Positions 17,058-19,892 of a stretch of DNA of 19,892 nt are shown piece by piece. The DNA lies in contig CAVRZA010000009.1 in NCBI GenBank assembly GCA_963725665.1, forward strand, positions 1 through 19,892. The letters run 5' to 3'. The number at the start of each line of letters is the position of its first letter. The stretch's first letter is position 1. Under the pieces are notes generated by a model. The model did no database searches, was not told where the DNA came from, and saw only the letters and a program-made list of their open reading frames with translations. This stretch comes from an uncultured Actinomycetes bacterium (GTDB taxonomy: Bacteria; Actinomycetota; Thermoleophilia; UBA2241). The position numbers were made by a program, and so were the translations under genes.

Positions 17058-17918
17058 ATGAACGAGAAGACCGGGACGCACATCGAAGAGGTGCACACCG
17101 TGAGCGTACCCGTCAGCGACGTCGACCGGGCGCTCGAGTTCTACGCCGGCAAGCTCGGCTTTGAGACGCGCATCGACGTGCCCTACGGCCAAGGTCGGCG
17201 CTGGATCGAAGTGGCCGCGCCGGGAGCGATGACGACGATCGCACTCTCGCCTCCCGGGCCCGGGCAGGCCCCCGGCGTCGACACCGGCATCCGCTTCACG
17301 ACCGGCGACGTCGAGGCCAACCACGCGGAGCTGCGTGCCCGCGGCGTCGACGTCGACCCCGAGATCCTGCACTGGCCGAACTCGCCGCCGATGTTCCAGA
17401 TGCGCGACCCCGACGGCAACCTGCTGCGCGTGGTCCAGCGCATGGAGCAGACGCAGAGCGAGCGGCGCAGCGAGACCGCCACCAAGAGGTTCGCGGTCCT
17501 GGTCAAGTCCGATGCGAACACCGAGTCGGGAGCGATGCCCGAGGAGAAAGGGCTCGCGGAGATGGTCCGCTTCAACGAAGAGATGGTCAACGCCGGCGTG
17601 ATGCTGGCCGGCGACGGCTTCCACTCGAGCTCCGACGGCGCGCGGGTGGTCTTCTCAGGCGGGTCGCCGAGTGTCGTTCGCGGACCCTTCCCCGAGCCGA
17701 CGCAGCTGATCGCCGGCTACTGGATCATCCAGACCGGGTCGCTCGATGAGGCGATCGACTGGATGAGGCGGGCTCCGTTCGGCGACGGAGCCGAGGTCGA
17801 GATCCGTCAGGTGTTCGAGGCGGAGGAGTTCGGCGAGGCATTCACGCCGGAGCTTCAGGAGCAGGAGGAGCGCCAGCGGATGAAGATGGAGGCCAACGCC
17901 AGGCGCCGCGCGGCCTGA
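17058..17918 (+). CDS. VOC-YciI (DGPF-type) fusion protein
   Basis: N-terminal half VPVSDVDRALEFYAGKLGF...RDPDGNLL (VOC); C-terminal half RFAVLVK...RFNEEMVNAGVMLAGDG...GPFPEPTQLIAGYWII...EVEIRQV (YciI). GGAGG RBS; no internal stop. Confidence 0.88.
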   Translation: MNEKTGTHIEEVHTVSVPVSDVDRALEFYAGKLGFETRIDVPYGQGRRWIEVAAPGAMTTIALSPPGPGQAPGVDTGIRFTTGDVEANHAELRARGVDVDPEILHWPNSPPMFQMRDPDGNLLRVVQRMEQTQSERRSETATKRFAVLVKSDANTESGAMPEEKGLAEMVRFNEEMVNAGVMLAGDGFHSSSDGARVVFSGGSPSVVRGPFPEPTQLIAGYWIIQTGSLDEAIDWMRRAPFGDGAEVEIRQVFEAEEFGEAFTPELQEQEERQRMKMEANARRRAA

Positions 17919-18035
17919 CGGCCGCGCGGCGCCACGGTTGGCCTGCGCGTCCTGGGGCATAACCTCGCACATGGTCTCGGTACAGGAAGATCACGGCCGC
18001 GATCACGACGGCGACAGCGCCATCGAGGAGACACT

Positions 18036-19037
18036 GTGACACCTGCTGACAGCGTCATCGAGGTCCGCGACTTGGTGAAGGTCTACGGGCGCGACACGCG
18101 CGCGCTCGACGGCATCACCTTCGACGTAGCGCACGGCGAGCTGTTCGGCTTCTTGGGGCCGAACGGCGCCGGCAAGACGACGACGATCCGCATCCTGGCG
18201 ACCCTGCTGCGCCCGACCTCGGGCGTCGCCAGGGTCGCCGGCTTCGACGTCGCTTCGCATCCGCACGAGGTGCGCGAGCGTCTCGGTCTGGCCATGCAGA
18301 CGCCGACCCTCGACGCCTTCTCGACCGGGCGCGAGACGCTCGAGCTGGCCGGCCGGCTGCACCGGCTGCCGGCCGGCCAGCTCCGCCGTCGCGCCGACGA
18401 GCTGCTCGAACTGATGGGTCTGGCCTCCGTGGCCAAGAAGCTCACCGGCACCTACTCGGGCGGCATGAAGCGACGTCTCGACCTGGCCAGCGCCCTGATG
18501 CACCAGCCGCCGCTGCTGATCCTCGACGAGCCCACCGAGGGACTCGACCCGCAGAGCCGCACCGCCCTGTGGGAGGAGCTCGAACGCATCAGCGCCGAGG
18601 GCACGACGATGCTGCTGACCACGCACTACATGGAGGAGGCCGACCGGCTCTGCTCGCGGCTGGCGATCGTCGACAACGGCAGGATCGTGGTCGACGGCGA
18701 GCCGCAGGAGCTCAAGGAGACGGTCGGCGCCGACTCGGTCGTGCTGCAACTCGAGCCGAGCAACGGCGGCAACGGCGACAAGGTCGCCACCGTGTGCCGC
18801 CTGCTCGACGGCGTGATCCCCTGCGAGGCGGTGACCGCGCACCCCGCCGGCGTCGCCCTGGCGGTGCCCAACGCCAGTGCGGCGGTGCCGCAGCTCATGC
18901 GCCGCATCGACGGCAACGGCCTGCGCATCACCGGACTGCAGATGAATCAGCCGAGCCTGGACGACGTGTTCCTGAAGTACACCGGCCGTCACATCCGCGA
19001 AGAGGCGGCCGACCAACCGATCATCATGGGATGGTGA
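18036..19037 (+). CDS. ABC exporter ATP-binding subunit (DrrA-like)
   Basis: Walker A GPNGAGKTT, signature YSGGMKRR, Walker B LILDEP, TTHYMEEAD, C-terminal PSLDDVFL; GAGGAG before the GTG. Confidence 0.95.
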   Translation: MTPADSVIEVRDLVKVYGRDTRALDGITFDVAHGELFGFLGPNGAGKTTTIRILATLLRPTSGVARVAGFDVASHPHEVRERLGLAMQTPTLDAFSTGRETLELAGRLHRLPAGQLRRRADELLELMGLASVAKKLTGTYSGGMKRRLDLASALMHQPPLLILDEPTEGLDPQSRTALWEELERISAEGTTMLLTTHYMEEADRLCSRLAIVDNGRIVVDGEPQELKETVGADSVVLQLEPSNGGNGDKVATVCRLLDGVIPCEAVTAHPAGVALAVPNASAAVPQLMRRIDGNGLRITGLQMNQPSLDDVFLKYTGRHIREEAADQPIIMGW

Positions 19038-19044
19038 GGCAGCG

Positions 19045-19821
19045 ATGAACACGCTGACGGCCTTCGGCTACGAGACCTACTGGCTGGGACTGCGGACCAC
19101 CCACCGCTTCTTCCGCGTGCCGTCGAACTGGCTGAGCATCATCTTCTTCCCGCTGATCCAGCTCCTCGTGTTCAGCCAGCTCTACAAGGACATCGTCCAG
19201 TTGCCGGCGTTCGGTCGCCAGACGTACTTGGCTTACCTCGCGCCGGGGCAGATCGTGTTCGCGTCGTTCCTGGCCGTGGGCTGGGCCGGCTACGGCATGC
19301 TGGTCGAGTATCGCAACGGCTACCTCGACAAGCTCAGGGCGAGCCCCATCAGTCGACAGTCGATCCTTGCCGGCGAGATGGTGCCGCTCTTCTTCGAGGC
19401 GGCCATCATGGCCGGCGTCCTGCTGGTCGTGAGCCTGCTGCTCGGCGCGTCGCTCGTCACGGGCGTCGGTGGGCTGCTTCTCATCCTGGCCCTGTCGGGG
19501 CTCTTCGGCATCGCCTTTGCCGGCGTGAGCTTCATGGCCGCGCTGCTGACCAAGAGCGAGCAGGCGGCGAGCGCGATATCGCTACTCATGTTTCCAGTGG
19601 TCTTCATCTCGACGGCCTTCGTGCCGCGCGCCGTCATGCCGGGCTGGATGCAGACGGTCAACGACTGGAACCCGGTCACCTTCCAGATCGAGGCGATCCG
19701 CAGGCTCATGGTCGTGGGCTACGACTGGGCGGCGATCGGCAAGGCCGTGTTGTCGCTCCTCATCGTCGGCGCGATCCTGCAGACCGGCACGCTGCTGGCG
19801 TTCCGGCGCCTGGCGAAGTGA
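19045..19821 (+). CDS. ABC-2 type permease (DrrB-like)
   Basis: Multiple TM segments; YLAYLAPG, GYLDKLRASP, FISTAFVP...MPGWMQ...NPVT; begins 7 nt after the ATPase stop. Confidence 0.93.
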   Translation: MNTLTAFGYETYWLGLRTTHRFFRVPSNWLSIIFFPLIQLLVFSQLYKDIVQLPAFGRQTYLAYLAPGQIVFASFLAVGWAGYGMLVEYRNGYLDKLRASPISRQSILAGEMVPLFFEAAIMAGVLLVVSLLLGASLVTGVGGLLLILALSGLFGIAFAGVSFMAALLTKSEQAASAISLLMFPVVFISTAFVPRAVMPGWMQTVNDWNPVTFQIEAIRRLMVVGYDWAAIGKAVLSLLIVGAILQTGTLLAFRRLAK

Positions 19822-19892
19822 GGGCCGTGCCGGCCTGACTTGAGTGGTTAGGCGGTCTCGACCACCGGGGGATGTTCCCGCTGTCGGATAGT

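Noticed and set aside
10180-19821. Secondary-metabolite biosynthetic cluster
   Set aside because: Only tailoring- or resistance-type genes; no PKS, NRPS, RiPP precursor or terpene core in the window.

Overview
GC-rich bacterial window, probably actinobacterial (inferred only from composition and gene content), with two parts. Left (1-6.77 kb) is metabolic: the 5' part of a non-pyrrolysine MttB-family corrinoid methyltransferase running off the left edge, a 60-aa membrane protein and an aldo/keto reductase. Divergent from these, an ArsR/SmtB regulator with its own promoter and palindromic operator precedes a ~1125-aa FAD/4Fe-4S/CCG (GlcD+GlcF-like) dehydrogenase. That gene is split by one extra G and ends in an unusual Met/Pro-rich domain. 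Right (6.8-19.9 kb) is an accessory detox/stress-type region. It opens with a 3x20-bp tandem repeat nested in inverted repeats, then has YdeI/OmdA, DUF1697, a DHA2 MFS exporter, six VOC/glyoxalase domains (one fused to YciI), a BBE-type flavoprotein oxidase, SRPBCC-like, NmrA, DUF4260, an LCM-type methyltransferase and a DrrAB-like ABC exporter. No rRNA, tRNA, CRISPR array, transposase or integrase was seen. Family calls come from motif recognition, not database searches.
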